Origin: Thermoanaerobaculia bacterium
GTDB taxonomy: Bacteria > Acidobacteriota > Thermoanaerobaculia > UBA5066 > Gp7-AA6
Assembly (NCBI GenBank): GCA_038224325.1
Contig: JBBRFL010000016.1
Span: 3,076 to 67,075, forward strand
Reading direction: 5' to 3'
DNA: 64,000 bases
Shown here: in pieces, positions 28,491-41,555 of the stretch
Numbering within the stretch: position 1 is the first letter of the stretch
Layout: each line of letters begins with the position of its first letter
Position numbers and translations under genes: made by a program
The notes under the pieces: generated by a model
The model's input: only the letters and a program-made list of their open reading frames with translations
Told to the model about the DNA's origin: nothing
Databases searched by the model: none

Positions 28491-28971
28491 GCCCCAGGCC
28501 TCGCCCTACCGCGTCCGCCCGGGAACGCCGTTCGACCTCGACGAGGTCGCGCGCATCGAGTCGGAGTCCTTCCCGGTCCCCTGGAAGCGCGAGTTCTTCG
28601 CGAGCGAGCTGTCCGAGCCCCACCGCTACGTCCGGGTGCTCGGGCGAGACGACGGCGGGGATCCCCGGGTCGGCGGGTACCTCTTCGCCGTGTCGCTCTA
28701 CGAGGAATTCCACGTCAACAAGATTGCAACCGACTTGCGTCTGCGGCACCGGGGATACGGCCGGGCCCTGATCGAAGACGCCCTGTCCCGGGCCCGGTCC
28801 GTCGGGGCCTCAGCGGTGACCCTGGAGGTCCGCGTCTCCAACGAAGCGGCGAGACAGTTTTACCGGTCCTACGGCTTCACCGAGGCATACCGGCGCCGCT
28901 CCTACTACCAGGACGGCGAGGACGCCTTCGTCCTGATTCTGGCGCTTCCAGCGGGATTTCGACGTGGTTGA
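28477..28971 (+). CDS. rimI: Ribosomal-protein-alanine N-acetyltransferase RimI (GNAT)
   Basis: GNAT acetyl-CoA binding motif (LRLRHRGYGRALIEDAL). GTG start overlaps the tsaB 3' end by 14 nt. Confidence 0.6.
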   Translation: MALREPQASPYRVRPGTPFDLDEVARIESESFPVPWKREFFASELSEPHRYVRVLGRDDGGDPRVGGYLFAVSLYEEFHVNKIATDLRLRHRGYGRALIEDALSRARSVGASAVTLEVRVSNEAARQFYRSYGFTEAYRRRSYYQDGEDAFVLILALPAGFRRG

Positions 28972-29002
28972 AAGCCTCCGCTCCCGGCATTAGACTTGGG
29001 CC

Positions 29003-29275
29003 GTGGCCCTTCCGTCCTCGTTCCCAGAACAAAAAACAAGGAGGATCGCCCCGATGGCATACGGGAATACGGAGGCTTCGAGCGATACCGATTCCGAGTT
29101 TCGCCGCCTGCACGACGAGCACCGCGACCACGAGGAGCGGCTCTCTCAACTGGCGGCCAAGTCGCATCTCTCCGAAGACGAAGAGTTCGAAGAGAAGCGA
29201 CTCAAGAAGGAGAAGCTCCTGATCAAGGATCGCATGGAGGCGATCGCGCGGCATCGGGGCGAGGCCGCCAGCTGA
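29003..29275 (+). CDS. DUF465 (YdcH-like) small protein
   Basis: MAYGNTEASSDTDSEFRRLHDEHRDHEERLSQLAAKSHLSEDEEFEEKRLKKEKLLIKDRMEAIARH matches the YdcH pattern. Confidence 0.55.
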   Translation: MALPSSFPEQKTRRIAPMAYGNTEASSDTDSEFRRLHDEHRDHEERLSQLAAKSHLSEDEEFEEKRLKKEKLLIKDRMEAIARHRGEAAS

Positions 29276-29907
29276 GGGTTCCCATCGCCCGGGAAGGCTG
29301 GGTCTTCATCCTTCCCCCACTGGCGGCTGGAGGGATCGCCTATCTTCTCGGCCACGCCGTGGTCGCAGCGGTCCTGATCGCCGCCACGCTTTTCCTCATT
29401 CAGTTCTTCCGAGATCCCGAACGATCTCCCGAGGGCGGCCCGGAGACGATCGTGTCCCCCGCCGACGGGACGGTGCTTTCGATCACGGAAGCGCCCGAGG
29501 CTCCCGAGGGCGCGCGACGCCGCCTCTCGATCTTCATGTCGGTGTTCAACTGCCACGTGAACCGGGCCCCCTCGTCCGGGACGCTCGCCGACTACGCGTA
29601 CGTGCGCGGCCGCAAGGAGGCGGCGTTCTCGGACAAGGCCTCCGCCGGCAACGAGCAGAATCGGATCACGCTCGCGACGCCGGACGGCCGCCTGACTTTC
29701 AAGCAGATCGCGGGAGCCCTGGCGCGCCGCATCGTGTTCTACCCCCGGCTCGGCCAGGCCGTGGAGCGCGGAGAGAGGATAGGGATGATCAAGTTCTCCT
29801 CCCGCGTCGACCTGTTCCTCCCCGACGGAGTGGATGCCCTGGTCCAGAAGGGCGACGCCGTCCGGGCCGGCCGGACGGCCATCGCGCGCTGGCCTCGGAA
29901 GGCCTGA
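29272..29907 (+). CDS. psd: Phosphatidylserine decarboxylase family protein (short PSD proenzyme). There is no canonical start; CTG overlapping the upstream TGA is a candidate.
   Basis: IAREGWVFI..., FRDPER, VSPADG, FMSVFNCHVNRAP and GMIKFSSRVD motifs. No ATG, GTG or TTG lies in frame between the internal VVAAV GTG and the far-upstream ATG at 28996, which would overlap DUF465 in full. Confidence 0.7.
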   Translation: MRVPIAREGWVFILPPLAAGGIAYLLGHAVVAAVLIAATLFLIQFFRDPERSPEGGPETIVSPADGTVLSITEAPEAPEGARRRLSIFMSVFNCHVNRAPSSGTLADYAYVRGRKEAAFSDKASAGNEQNRITLATPDGRLTFKQIAGALARRIVFYPRLGQAVERGERIGMIKFSSRVDLFLPDGVDALVQKGDAVRAGRTAIARWPRKA

Positions 29908-29908
29908 C

Positions 29909-30652
29909 GTGGCCGGCCTGACGCGCGAGCGGCTCTCGCGAGGTCTCTTCATCCTCCCGACGCTTTTCACCGTCGGCAACCTCTTCTGCGGCTACCTTTC
30001 CGTATGGTGCTCGATCCGGGGAACCTTCGAGATAGCCGCGGCCCTTATCATCGCGGCGGGAGTGCTGGATGGGCTCGACGGCCGCATCGCGCGGTTGACC
30101 CACTCGACCTCGGCCTTCGGAGAGCAGTACGACTCGATGGCGGATCTCGTCTCCTTCGGCGTGGCTCCGGCCGTGCTCGCGTACTCGTGGGGCCTCGCCG
30201 ACTTCCATCGCCTCGGGTGGATGGTGTCCTTCCTGTTCGTGGTCTGCGGCTCGATGCGGCTCGCCCGCTTCAACATCCAGACCCACGTGGTCGACAAGCG
30301 GTACTTCGTGGGCCTGCCGATCCCGATGGCGGCCGGCACGATCGCGACCATCGTGCTCGCGACGCCCGAGCGGCTCGTCTCGAGGCTCTGGATGGCCGGG
30401 CTCCTCGGGCTGACGATCGTGCTGTCTTACCTCATGATCTCGACGATCCGCTACCGTTCGTTCAAGGACCTGGACCTGCGGCGCAAGCGGCCGGTCTGGA
30501 TCCTTCCCGCGATCGCGCTCTTCTTCGCGGTCGTGGCGCTCCGTCCGGAGCTCGCGCTCGCCGCGCTGACGGCCGTGTTCGTCGGCTCGGGGCCCGTCGC
30601 CAAGCTCGCCGGGCTCTTCCGGCGCAAGGACGCGGGGGGCCCCCGGGCCTAG
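29909..30652 (+). CDS. pssA: CDP-diacylglycerol--serine O-phosphatidyltransferase
   Basis: CDP-alcohol phosphatidyltransferase motif DGLDGRIAR...G...DSMAD. GTG start 2 nt after the psd stop. Confidence 0.85.
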   Translation: MAGLTRERLSRGLFILPTLFTVGNLFCGYLSVWCSIRGTFEIAAALIIAAGVLDGLDGRIARLTHSTSAFGEQYDSMADLVSFGVAPAVLAYSWGLADFHRLGWMVSFLFVVCGSMRLARFNIQTHVVDKRYFVGLPIPMAAGTIATIVLATPERLVSRLWMAGLLGLTIVLSYLMISTIRYRSFKDLDLRRKRPVWILPAIALFFAVVALRPELALAALTAVFVGSGPVAKLAGLFRRKDAGGPRA

Positions 30653-30656
30653 CTTC

Positions 30657-32153
30657 TCAGGCCCTCGGCCTCTTCCTCTTTGCCGCCGTTCGATTCGGGA
30701 CCGGCGTCGGAGCCGGAGGCGGCGAGGACCAGTCCGTCGCGATCTCGGGTCCCGCGGCCGCGATCCAGTGGGTCCGGTAGCGGCAGCAGGAGGCCGGCAG
30801 CGCGCCCCGCACGGCGATGCGGGCCGCAGCGATGGACTCCCACGGCGCCACCAGGGTCTCGAAGAGACGCACGCGGGTCGCACGTCCGGGCGAGACCGGC
30901 CGCCCGACCGCGTCGTACACCTCGTACCGATCGAAGCCTCCGAGGGAGACGTCCGCCGGACGCGCGGGCGTCAGGTCGATCTCGACCCATCCCGAGACGC
31001 GGGAGACGATCGAAGCGTGCGAGGAGCGGTTCACCGCCTCGACCGTCACGGCCCTCCGGCCCTGCGGCTGCACGGTCACGGCGAGAGCCGGCGAGAGCCC
31101 GCGCCCGAGAAGCACGTCCTCGAACGCGGCGATCGGAAAGAGGCGGTCCGCGTCCGACGCCCCCTCGAAGAGCATCACCCTGCCGAGCGCGTAGCGTTTT
31201 CCCGCCAGCACCGACCCCAGCTCGAAGAGCAGCTCGGTCTGGGAAGGAAGACGGAAGGTGATCCGATCTCCCTGATCGAGCGACAGGCCGTCGAGCCTCA
31301 CGGGGTCGCGGGCCAAAAGATGAAACGCGGAGACCGTGGCGTCGTTCTGGGAGAGGTCGTTGCCGAGATCGATGAGCGCGCTTCCGGATAGCGGGTCCAA
31401 AAACTTCTCGGGCACCGCCGCGGGCGCCTCCCCGTCCGCCGCGGACCGCACCCCGTGGCCGGCCGTGCCGAAGGCGGCCCACCACGGCCGGCGAAGCGAA
31501 TCCACGGTCGCGCCTTCCACCCGCTCTCCGTCGCGAAAGACGAACGCGACGATCGCGTCCGTCGCCTCGAGCAGCGGCGCGAGCCTCTTCCGGTCCGCGT
31601 CCGAGGCCGGCGGTGTCTGGATCCCGATCGACACGAACGTGCCCGCCGGCAGCGCGCCCCGGAGCGCGCGGACGAACGCCGCGTAGCGAGCGGCTCCGGC
31701 CGGAGAGAACGGGACGTCGAGGTGCACACCCCGCACGCGCCCGTATGGCCCGGAGGGGTCGAGGGATGGGTGGAGGGCCGTCCCGACGGCGCGCGCGATC
31801 GCGGCGGGATCAGATCCGACGTCGGTGCGGAAAGCGTTGGAGAGCTCGGGGCCCGCGCGCAGAACGAGGGCCACGGGAACGCGATCGAGGGGGCGCGGCG
31901 GGCGCGGATCCCCCCGCACCGCCCAGCGCCCGCTCTCCATCACGATCTCGCCGGCCGGAAGGAAGAGCGCCGCCGCCCCCATGTGCTGGAGCGAATCCTC
32001 CAGCCCCGCCTGACCTGCCGAGGCCGGATCGGACAGCCAGATCGCGTCTCCCCGGGGGGCGAGCCCGCCCGACGCGGATCCGGGAGCCGGAGCCCTCCGG
32101 CAACCCGAGGCGACGGCCGCGGCGATCAGCAGCCCGCCGAGCCGGCGGATCAT
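30657..32153 (-). CDS. Hypothetical lipoprotein of about 498 aa with unknown function
   Basis: [18 protein letters not shown] signal/lipobox. ATGA overlap with the upstream histidine-kinase stop. The 5' part of the track ORF was rejected as an R/P-rich artefact. Confidence 0.5.
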   Translation of the reverse strand: MIRRLGGLLIAAAVASGCRRAPAPGSASGGLAPRGDAIWLSDPASAGQAGLEDSLQHMGAAALFLPAGEIVMESGRWAVRGDPRPPRPLDRVPVALVLRAGPELSNAFRTDVGSDPAAIARAVGTALHPSLDPSGPYGRVRGVHLDVPFSPAGAARYAAFVRALRGALPAGTFVSIGIQTPPASDADRKRLAPLLEATDAIVAFVFRDGERVEGATVDSLRRPWWAAFGTAGHGVRSAADGEAPAAVPEKFLDPLSGSALIDLGNDLSQNDATVSAFHLLARDPVRLDGLSLDQGDRITFRLPSQTELLFELGSVLAGKRYALGRVMLFEGASDADRLFPIAAFEDVLLGRGLSPALAVTVQPQGRRAVTVEAVNRSSHASIVSRVSGWVEIDLTPARPADVSLGGFDRYEVYDAVGRPVSPGRATRVRLFETLVAPWESIAAARIAVRGALPASCCRYRTHWIAAAGPEIATDWSSPPPAPTPVPNRTAAKRKRPRA

Positions 32154-35100
32154 GCCGGCTCCCCGGCGGAGGAGACGGGCAGCTCGAAGTCCACGCGAAA
32201 GCCCCGCGGCGACCGATTCCGGGCGCCGATGGTGCCGCCGTGCTCCTCCACGATCTTCTTCGCGATGGCGAGGCCGAGTCCCGTTCCGCCGCTCTTGGCC
32301 GAGAAGTACGGATCGAAGAGCCGCGGCAGGATCGACGCGGCGACCCCGGGGCCGTCGTCCTCCACGCTCACGGCGATGCGGCCGTCCCGCCGTTGCGCAG
32401 CGGCTCGGATCTCTCCGCCCCGGCCGCGCAGGGCCTCGACGGAGTTTCCGATCAGATTGGATAGGACTCGGGCGAGGAGGCGCGGGTCCCCGTCGGCGCG
32501 GAGGTCCGCTCCCGCGTCCACCGCCCACACGATCCCGGGCGCCCCCGCGTACGCCCCAACGGACTCGCGAAGCAGCTTGCCGATGTCGGTGGACCGCATC
32601 TCGGGGCGCGGCAGCCGCGCGTAGTCCGAGAACTCCGCCGCCGCCCGGCGCAACTCGTCCGTTTGGTGCAGCACGTTCCGCACACACTCCTCGAGCACGC
32701 GATCGAATTCCGGAGACTGACGCCTCCAGACCTCTCGGAGATGTTCGACCGAAAGGCGGATTGGAGTCAACGGATTCTTGATCTCGTGCGCGATGATCCG
32801 GGCCATCTCCGCCCAGGCCGCCAGGCGGTTGGAACGGACGACGTCCGACACGTCCTCGATCACCGCCATGCGCGCGCCCGAGCCGCCGAGGGGAAGCGGC
32901 ACCGTCACGACCCGCCAGCGTTCTCCGGGCCTCGGCTCGAGGTCCTCGGAGACGGAGAGTTCACCGTAGCGCTCGAGGAGCTCGCGCACCGGCTTCATCG
33001 CCTCGCCCGGAAACACCTCCTCGAGGGTCGCTCCGTCGGACCGGCCCCCGCCGAGCGCCGCGGCGGCCGGATTGGCCAGGAGGACCCGCCGGTCCTCCCC
33101 GTACGCGACGACCCCGGCCGTCAACTGCGAGAGCAGCGTCGCGAGGCGCTCCTTCTCCTGCGAGAGCGCGTTGGTCTGTTCCTTGAGACTGCGGGACATG
33201 AACAGGAATGCGCGCACCAATTCCCGGAGCTCCTCGTCCGGAGGCTCGGCCAGTTGCGGCGTGAAGTCTCCGCGCGCCACGGCGCGCGTTCCTTCGACGA
33301 GGTCCGCGACCGGCCGGGCGACTCGGACCGCGAGCCGTCCGGCGACGGCCGCGGAGATCAGGAACACGAGCAGGGCGAACGCCGAGAACGCGGCCGTCAG
33401 TTGCGCGGCCTCGGCCTCCGCCACCCGCTGCTGGGGCAGGAGCAGCAGCGTCAGGAGCACGGGGCTGCGGACTCCCGGCACGCCGGGAACCGACGACAGG
33501 GCGGTCGTCATCTTCTCGAACGGGCTCCCCTCCAGGATCCGCGTGTCCGTGCGCTGGCGTGCTCCTCCGAGGCCGATGGCGGAGTAGGCGTCTCCGGACA
33601 TTCGCTCGGGCAGAAGTCCGGCGGCGTACAGATCGCGGCGGGAGGTGGCGATGAGGCGGGCCTCCGGCGAGAAGACCGAAAGGTCGTATCCGACGGCGTT
33701 GGAGAGCCAGGAGAGGAGCGAGTCGTCGAGGAGATTGAGCCGGCCCTGCGCGGCGGCCGAGGGAAGGTAGTCATCGAGAACCCGTCGGGCCGTCTCCAGG
33801 CCCGTCCGCGCATGGTAGAGCGTGTCTTGCGCGGTGCGGGACGCGATCGAGGACCGCAGGAACGCCGTGACCGCGACCAGCGGGATCATCACGGAGAGAA
33901 CGAACAACGCGATCAGCCGCCCGCGAAAGGTCCTCGTGCCCCGCGGCAGGGCGCCGCGAAGCTTGCTCCGGGTCGTGACGAAGCGCCAGGCCAGGATGAT
34001 TCCGCCCGCCACGTAGAGGGCGGCCGCGGGTGGCAGCAGGAGCGCCGCGGTCAGGAGGCGCTGCAGGAAATCGGGCCCCGGGATCGCGACGAGCTGGAAT
34101 CCGTCCGGCAGTGGCCTCAGCTCGCCCCGCAGCTCCTCGGCCCGGTAACGAAGCCGCACGCGCATGGGCCGGCCCGCCTCCCGCACCCTCGCGAGAACCT
34201 CCGGCGAGAAGTCCGGTCCTTCCTCTCGCTTGCTGCCATCCGGACCGTAGGACGCGAGGATGGGGCGCGGCGGCGAAGGGGTCGCCGGTGCCGCGCCGAC
34301 CAGCCGCCGGTACACCTCGAGCCGGGGCGGCAGCGGGTCCCAGCCGGGCCAGTCGGCGACGGAGATCACCGCGCGGCCCCACGGGGCGCCGCCGTCGCGC
34401 AGGACAGCCGCGCGCTTCACCACCGCGACCTCGTGCCGCTCGATCCGGATCCCGCCGCTTTCGGAGCCGGGCGCGTCCTCGGTGGCGGGGATCAGGGAGA
34501 ACCGGCTGCGGAGGAGACCCGTCGGATCGAACACCTCGTAGGCGATCAGAGCGGGCGACGGCGCGGACTCCTGGCCCTCGTGCCACAACCGGTACGCGAG
34601 GTCCGAGAGATCGAGCGAGGCGATGGGAGCCGGAAGCTCGCGCGCGAGGTCGAACGCCGCGACGCCTTCGACGGCGCGCCGCACCGAGACGACCGCGCCC
34701 GCGGAGATGCTCGAGGGCTCGGGCAGGCGGATGGCCGCGGCCGAACGAAACGCGACGGCCGCCCGCTCGTGCTCGTGCCAGGGCGAGGCGATCAAGACGA
34801 ACAGCATCATCGCGGCCCCCAGCAGTCGAAAGGAACCCGGGGCGGCGCCCGCGCCCGCGGTCGCGATCGATCGCCGGCACAGCTCGTAGGCGAGGACCGT
34901 CGCGAGCCCGATCGCCGCGGGGAAGGCCGCGGTCGCGGAGACCCAGCGCAGGCCCAGCACTATGGCTGCCGCGCTCGCGATCAGGGCGGATCCGGTCCAA
35001 CCACGCCCGGTTGGAGCGGGCGCGGCCGCCGCGCCGAGGGCCAGGGCCGAGGCCGCGAGTGCGGTCAGCCCGAGCAGGGCCAGGAAGGACGAGCTTACGA

Positions 35101-36067
35101 TCGGAAGAACCGATCCCAGCTCCGGCAGCGCCACCCGATGCGCCGCGAAAAACGCGAGGGCGAGTAGCGCGTAACCCGCGAGCGCGAGAAGCCCGCGGTT
35201 GCCGTTTCCGTCCCGGCGGCGCAGCCGGTCCAGCGCGTACGGAAGAACGGCGACTCCGAGGGCCGGAATCCAGGCCATCGGCGAGGCCAGAACCCGCGCG
35301 TTTTCGCCGAGGGAGCAACTTGACGCCGCGAGGAGCCCGATCGCGAGCCCGGCCCCGCACTGCACCGGTCCGGCCCGCCCCGCCAGGAGCGCCAGGGCCA
35401 GGCCGATCAGGACGACCAGCGCCGCGATTCGCCAGCGCGGGTCGGTGCCGGGCGCGATGGAGGCTCGCCGGGCGGCGACGAGCGCGGATCCGCCGGGCAT
35501 GTTCAGCAACGTCGGCGCCTGCCCGGCGGCCACGGGCTCCCACGCGAGCGCCTCTCCGCGCAGGTCGAGCGCGCGGCCGAACCCGGGCGCCTCGACCGGC
35601 AACGATCGCGCGGCGCAGATCAGTCCGGCGAACGGCCCGGACCCGGTGACGCGCCAGTGCAGGAGCTCCATCCGCGTCGCCGACCAGCGCACGCTCAGGG
35701 TCCCGGAGGGGCGCACCTCCAGCACCTGCGCCGGAGCGTCGCCCCACCAGGCGTGCACCTCGCCGCCGCGGTCGGCGAGCGCGATCCACGTCCCGGGGCG
35801 GGAGTCCTTCATGGCTTCGCGGGCCGCTGTGAAGAGAGTTTGCCGGCGCACCGCGATCCCGCCGCCCTGCATGGAGCGCGCGACTTCCGGATCGGCCGCC
35901 AGCGCGGCCGCGCGCCGGGCGAGATCCGCCGACACGTCGGAGAGCGCGCGGGCCACGGCCTCGGGAGGACGCGCGCTCGCGGTCGCCCGGGGAAACGGGA
36001 TCCACCCGTCCAACCAGAGCAGGAGCGGCGCCGCGAGGAGAACCGCCCATACTGCCCGCCTTCGCAA
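32150..36067 (-). CDS. Very large multi-TM sensor histidine kinase (HAMP-PAS-HisKA-HATPase_c). No cognate response regulator lies in the window.
   Basis: C-terminus carries an H-box ([10 protein letters not shown]), G-boxes ([18 protein letters not shown]), and a HAMP-like then PAS-like region. About 900 aa of N-terminal polytopic sensor region. Start provisionally TTG at 36067, (M)[18 protein letters not shown]. The upstream 190 aa of the track ORF is R/G/P-rich junk. Confidence 0.72.
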   Translation of the reverse strand: MRRRAVWAVLLAAPLLLWLDGWIPFPRATASARPPEAVARALSDVSADLARRAAALAADPEVARSMQGGGIAVRRQTLFTAAREAMKDSRPGTWIALADRGGEVHAWWGDAPAQVLEVRPSGTLSVRWSATRMELLHWRVTGSGPFAGLICAARSLPVEAPGFGRALDLRGEALAWEPVAAGQAPTLLNMPGGSALVAARRASIAPGTDPRWRIAALVVLIGLALALLAGRAGPVQCGAGLAIGLLAASSCSLGENARVLASPMAWIPALGVAVLPYALDRLRRRDGNGNRGLLALAGYALLALAFFAAHRVALPELGSVLPIVSSSFLALLGLTALAASALALGAAAAPAPTGRGWTGSALIASAAAIVLGLRWVSATAAFPAAIGLATVLAYELCRRSIATAGAGAAPGSFRLLGAAMMLFVLIASPWHEHERAAVAFRSAAAIRLPEPSSISAGAVVSVRRAVEGVAAFDLARELPAPIASLDLSDLAYRLWHEGQESAPSPALIAYEVFDPTGLLRSRFSLIPATEDAPGSESGGIRIERHEVAVVKRAAVLRDGGAPWGRAVISVADWPGWDPLPPRLEVYRRLVGAAPATPSPPRPILASYGPDGSKREEGPDFSPEVLARVREAGRPMRVRLRYRAEELRGELRPLPDGFQLVAIPGPDFLQRLLTAALLLPPAAALYVAGGIILAWRFVTTRSKLRGALPRGTRTFRGRLIALFVLSVMIPLVAVTAFLRSSIASRTAQDTLYHARTGLETARRVLDDYLPSAAAQGRLNLLDDSLLSWLSNAVGYDLSVFSPEARLIATSRRDLYAAGLLPERMSGDAYSAIGLGGARQRTDTRILEGSPFEKMTTALSSVPGVPGVRSPVLLTLLLLPQQRVAEAEAAQLTAAFSAFALLVFLISAAVAGRLAVRVARPVADLVEGTRAVARGDFTPQLAEPPDEELRELVRAFLFMSRSLKEQTNALSQEKERLATLLSQLTAGVVAYGEDRRVLLANPAAAALGGGRSDGATLEEVFPGEAMKPVRELLERYGELSVSEDLEPRPGERWRVVTVPLPLGGSGARMAVIEDVSDVVRSNRLAAWAEMARIIAHEIKNPLTPIRLSVEHLREVWRRQSPEFDRVLEECVRNVLHQTDELRRAAAEFSDYARLPRPEMRSTDIGKLLRESVGAYAGAPGIVWAVDAGADLRADGDPRLLARVLSNLIGNSVEALRGRGGEIRAAAQRRDGRIAVSVEDDGPGVAASILPRLFDPYFSAKSGGTGLGLAIAKKIVEEHGGTIGARNRSPRGFRVDFELPVSSAGEPA

Positions 36068-36084
36068 GGTCGTCCGGGTCCTCT

Positions 36085-37755
<1,671 letters not shown>

Positions 37756-37807
37756 GAGCCGGGGATTATATCGGGCCGGTGCGAAGGGCTTCGGCCGGCG
37801 GCGGGCC

Positions 37808-39325
37808 TCAACGGAGCGGCCGAATCGCGCGCTCGACCGCCGCGCCGGCGAGGAACCCGCGAGCGCGCTCCAGGTCCGCGTGGAGCTCTCGATCGCGATC
37901 CCACGGCCGCACGACCCGACGGAAGTCGCGGCGCACGGCCTCGATCGCCGCCGACGACCGCAGGGGGCGGAGGAACTCCATGGCCTGGAACGCCGTGATC
38001 ATCTCGATCGCCAGCACCTGCTCGAGGTTCTGGACGATCGCGGTGAACTTCCGGGCCGCGATCGGCGACATCGAGACGTGGTCCTCCTTGGCCGCGGACG
38101 TTGGGATCGAGTCCACGGAAGAGGGATGGGACAGCACCTTGCACTCGGACACCAGCGAGGCCGCCGTGACCTGCGCCATCATCAGGCCCGAGTTCAACCC
38201 GCCCTCGGCGACGAGGAACGCCGGCAGGTCCGAGAGCGCGGGGTTCACGAGCTTCTCTATGCGGCGCTCGGAGATCGAGGCAAGGTCGGTGGCCGCGATG
38301 GCGGCGTAGTCGAGGACCAGTCCCACGGGCGCGCCGTGGAAGTTGCCGCCGGACACGATGTCGCCCCGCGCCGCAAAGACCAGCGGGTTGTCGGTCGCGC
38401 TGTTCATCTCGCGCTCGAGGACGACGCGGGCGTGATCGAAGGCGTCGCGCGCGGCGCCGTGGACCTGCGGCATGCACCGCAGGGAGTAGTTGTCCTGGAC
38501 GCGGCCGCAGCCCCGGTGCGACTCGCGGATCGCGCTTCCGCGGAGGAGCGAGCGCAGGTTGGCGGCGCTCGCAGCGGCCCCCGGGTGCGGGCGCGCGGCC
38601 ACGATGCGAGCGTCGAACGCGGCGTCGGAGCCGCGGGACGCGTCGAGGGAGGCGGCGCCCGCGAGGTCGGCGATCCGGCACAGCGCGAGCGCGCGCTCGA
38701 GAGCGAGCCCTCCGACGGCGACCGACATCTGCACGCCGTTGATGAGCGCCAGTCCCTCCTTGGCCGCGAGGGTGACGGGCGGGATCCGCGCCCTCCGCAG
38801 CGCGGCGCGGGCCGGCTGCAGGCGGTGACGCGAGCGCACGGTGCCTTCGCCGATGAGCGCCAGCGCCAGGTGCGCGAGCGGGGCGAGATCGCCCGACGCT
38901 CCGACGGAGCCCTGCGCTGGGACGATCGGCAGGACGTCGGCCGCCAGCATCCGCAAGAGGGTTTCGACGGTCGAGACGCGAATCCCCGAGTTTCCTCGGG
39001 CAAGGGCATTCGCCCGCAGCGCCATCATCGCCCGGACGATGCCGTCGGGGAGCGGATCTCCCACGCCCGCGGCGTGGCTGCGGATCAGGTTTCGCTGGAG
39101 CGCCTCGATCTGGTCGGCGGGGATCGGGACGTCCGCGAACTTTCCGAATCCCGTGGTCACGCCGTAGACCTTCTCCCCGCCGCAAATCGCGCGATCGACC
39201 ACGCGGCGGGAGGCCTGCATGGCCCGGCGGGCGCCCGGAGACAGAGCGAGGCGCACCGACCGGTCGGCCACCGCGCGCAGCTCCGCCAGAGTCAGGCCGC
39301 GGCCGTCGATACGCACGATCCGCAT
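37808..39325 (-). CDS. hutH: Histidine ammonia-lyase
   Basis: MIO-forming [14 protein letters not shown] motif. Confidence 0.93.
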   Translation of the reverse strand: MRIVRIDGRGLTLAELRAVADRSVRLALSPGARRAMQASRRVVDRAICGGEKVYGVTTGFGKFADVPIPADQIEALQRNLIRSHAAGVGDPLPDGIVRAMMALRANALARGNSGIRVSTVETLLRMLAADVLPIVPAQGSVGASGDLAPLAHLALALIGEGTVRSRHRLQPARAALRRARIPPVTLAAKEGLALINGVQMSVAVGGLALERALALCRIADLAGAASLDASRGSDAAFDARIVAARPHPGAAASAANLRSLLRGSAIRESHRGCGRVQDNYSLRCMPQVHGAARDAFDHARVVLEREMNSATDNPLVFAARGDIVSGGNFHGAPVGLVLDYAAIAATDLASISERRIEKLVNPALSDLPAFLVAEGGLNSGLMMAQVTAASLVSECKVLSHPSSVDSIPTSAAKEDHVSMSPIAARKFTAIVQNLEQVLAIEMITAFQAMEFLRPLRSSAAIEAVRRDFRRVVRPWDRDRELHADLERARGFLAGAAVERAIRPLR

Positions 39326-39408
39326 TTGTGTGCGATTCTAAGCGAGACGCCGATGTCGAACTCTGTTAGCCTGCCCTGCTTTTCTGCCGGCGAGCGAGGT
39401 GAGAGAGC

Positions 39409-40719
39409 GTGAACGTGGTGGCGGTCCTGGGCGGACAGTGGGGCGACGAGGGGAAGGGCAAGGTCGTGGACCTCCTCGCCAACCGGTTCGATATCGTCGC
39501 GCGCTATCACGGAGGCCACAACGCCGGGCATACCGTGAAGTTCGGCAACCAGCACTTCGCGCTCCACCTGCTCCCCGCGGGAGTCGTCCGCGGCCGCATG
39601 GGGATCATCGGACCGGGCGTCGTGTTGGACCTCGAGGCTCTCCTGACGGAGATCGACGCGGTGCGGGCGGCCGGGGTGTCCATCGGGGAGAACCTCCTCA
39701 TCTCGGATCGCGCCACGGTGATCCTTCCCTACCACCGCCTCCTGGACGCCGCGCGGGAACGCTGCGCCGGGGACGCGAAGATCGGGACCACGCTGCGCGG
39801 CATCGGGCCCGCCTACGAGTCGGTCGCGGCGCGCAAGGCCGTGCGGGTGGCGGAACTCTTCGCCCCGAAGACCCGGGACGCCCGAGTCGCGGCCATCGCA
39901 GAGGAGACGGGCGCGCTCCTGCGCGTCCTCGGCGTCTCCGAGGTGCCCTCCGTGGACGAGGTCATCGCGATGCTGGAGCCGGCGGCCGAGCGGATTCGAT
40001 CGCACGTGTGCGACACCGGGAGGTACCTGCGCGACCGGCTGAAGTCCGGCGCCACCCTCCTGGCCGAGGGCGCGCACGGCGCGATGCTCGACCTCTCCTC
40101 GGGCACCTATCCCTTCGTGACGTCCTCGCACTGCACGGCGGGCGCCGTCGCCACGGGACTCCAGATCGCGCCGCGATCCCTCGACGCGAGCCTCCTCGTG
40201 CTCAAGGCATACTCGACGCGGGTGGGCGAGGGCCCATTCCCGACGGAGCTGCGCGATGCGACCGGAGAGTTCCTGCGCACGCGCGGCAACGAGTACGGAA
40301 CGTCGACCGGCCGTCCGCGGCGCACCGGCTGGTTCGACGCCGTCGTCGCGCGAACCGCGGTGGAGCTGTCCGGCGCCGCAGCAGTCTGCATCACGAAGCT
40401 CGACTGCCTGGACGACCTCGAGGAGATCCCGGTCTGCCTGGGCTACCGCCTGGACGGCAGACCGGTCTCCGATCTCCCGCCGCTCGCCGAGGACATCGCG
40501 CGCCTGGAGCCGGAGTACGAGCGATTCGAGGGTTGGAAGGCTCTGACCACCGCCGTGACGCGATACGAGGAGCTCCCGGGAGCCGCGCAGCGCTACGTGC
40601 GCGCGCTCGAGGACGCGATCGGCGCGCCGGCCGCCCTGATCTCGACCGGCCCCCGGCGCGAGGAGACGATCTGGCGCCCCGAGATGCCCTTCGTCGCCTC
40701 GCTGCCGCTCGCGTCCTAG
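39409..40719 (+). CDS. purA: Adenylosuccinate synthetase
   Basis: MNVVAVLGGQWGDEGKGKVVDLLA...GGHNAGHTV. Confidence 0.93.
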   Translation: MNVVAVLGGQWGDEGKGKVVDLLANRFDIVARYHGGHNAGHTVKFGNQHFALHLLPAGVVRGRMGIIGPGVVLDLEALLTEIDAVRAAGVSIGENLLISDRATVILPYHRLLDAARERCAGDAKIGTTLRGIGPAYESVAARKAVRVAELFAPKTRDARVAAIAEETGALLRVLGVSEVPSVDEVIAMLEPAAERIRSHVCDTGRYLRDRLKSGATLLAEGAHGAMLDLSSGTYPFVTSSHCTAGAVATGLQIAPRSLDASLLVLKAYSTRVGEGPFPTELRDATGEFLRTRGNEYGTSTGRPRRTGWFDAVVARTAVELSGAAAVCITKLDCLDDLEEIPVCLGYRLDGRPVSDLPPLAEDIARLEPEYERFEGWKALTTAVTRYEELPGAAQRYVRALEDAIGAPAALISTGPRREETIWRPEMPFVASLPLAS

Positions 40720-40728
40720 CGACGGCCC

Positions 40729-40753
40729 TTGGGTCAGACAGAGCCGGACCCAA
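40729..40753. terminator. Hairpin between convergent purA and the lipoprotein gene; a possible bidirectional terminator
   Basis: TTGGGTC-agacagagccg-GACCCAA. No U-tract follows. Confidence 0.3.
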
Positions 40754-40766
40754 TCGGGCAGCTGGG

Positions 40767-41264
40767 CTAGGGCACCGTCACCAGGAAGTTGCCGCAGCCG
40801 TTTCCGTAATCGTTCTGGACGCAAGGCGTGTACGAACCCGGTCGTGGCTCTCGAGAGGCAGTGATGGAAGTGCCGTCGGCCGAGTGAGAAGTCCAAACGA
40901 GCTCGAATGGAATTCCGAAGCGCACGAAGGTGACTTTCAAGTGGTACCCGACGAAGTGGGATCCGTGGATGACGAAATAGGTGATACCGAAAGGGTCCCT
41001 GACCTTCTCCACGCTCACGACGACCGGGACGAGTGACTGCGGCGGAGTCGGAGTTAACGTCGGAGCCTGCGTCACCGCCTGAGTCGGCGTCATCGTCGGC
41101 GGCGGCTGGGTAGGCGGCGGCTGCGTCGGGGTTAGGGTCGAGATCGGCTGCGTCGGACTCGGCGTTGTCGGCGGTGGCGGCTGTGTCGTGACAGCCTTGT
41201 CCCCGCAGCCCCAGTTGAAAAGCGTCGCGAGGGCAACAATTCCAAGGCGTCTCTTGACCATCAT
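40767..41264 (-). CDS. Secreted/lipoprotein with a Pro/Thr-rich linker and a C-terminal Ig-like (IPT/TIG-like) domain, in a lower-GC segment
   Basis: MMVKRRLGIVALATLFNWGC signal, then (TQPPPT)n linker, then C-terminal VVVSVEKVRDPFGITYFVIHGSHF...VTFVRFGIPFELVW. GC is visibly lower than in the surroundings. Sits immediately 5' of tRNA-Lys. Confidence 0.45.
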   Translation of the reverse strand: MMVKRRLGIVALATLFNWGCGDKAVTTQPPPPTTPSPTQPISTLTPTQPPPTQPPPTMTPTQAVTQAPTLTPTPPQSLVPVVVSVEKVRDPFGITYFVIHGSHFVGYHLKVTFVRFGIPFELVWTSHSADGTSITASREPRPGSYTPCVQNDYGNGCGNFLVTVP

Positions 41265-41384
41265 TCCTCCTTCTTACAGAGAAAGGCGGGAAACGGGTTG
41301 GAAAGCCGCAACTCTATCGGCAGATTAATCGTTGGCCCGGGTTCGTTCTCGGGGAATCGAGGTATCTTCTTTGTTTCCAACTGC

Positions 41385-41461
41385 GGGCCGTTAGCTCAGT
41401 TGGTTAGAGCATCGGCCTTTTAAGCCGGTGGTCCTGGGTTCGAGTCCCAGACGGCCCACCA
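41385..41461 (+). tRNA. tRNA-Lys (anticodon UUU), CCA encoded
   Basis: GGGCCGTTAGCTCAGTTGGTTAGAGCATCGGCCTTTTAAGCCGGTGGTCCTGGGTTCGAGTCCCAGACGGCCCACCA. Acceptor GGGCCGU/ACGGCCC, anticodon loop CUUUUAA. Confidence 0.9.
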
Positions 41462-41555
41462 ATCAACCTGCCAGGGCTGCCTACCCTGGCTCATTTACCC
41501 ATTCCCGGACCTCGCGGCGGGGGACTACGCCTTGCGATTTCGCCGTGCATTCGCT

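Noticed and set aside
29003-29907. Possible programmed -1 frameshift fusing DUF465 to psd
   Set aside because: No slippery heptamer X XXY YYZ is present near the DUF465 stop. Both proteins are complete families on their own. A non-canonical start or reinitiation is more parsimonious.
28996-29907. Using the ATG at 28996 as the psd start (303 aa)
   Set aside because: This would overlap the entire, well-formed DUF465 gene in another frame, and the extra 92 aa is R/P/G junk.
33771-36050. 759-aa minus ORF, and 32663..35167 / 34030..35649 plus ORFs
   Set aside because: All are alternative-frame or antisense readings of the sensor histidine kinase gene, rich in R/G/P.
41040-41230. Apparent tandem DNA repeats (ggcggctg(c/g)gt...) that could be mistaken for a repeat array or CRISPR
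   Set aside because: They encode the (TQPPPT)n Pro/Thr-rich linker of the 40767..41264 lipoprotein on the minus strand. There are no regular spacers and no cas genes.
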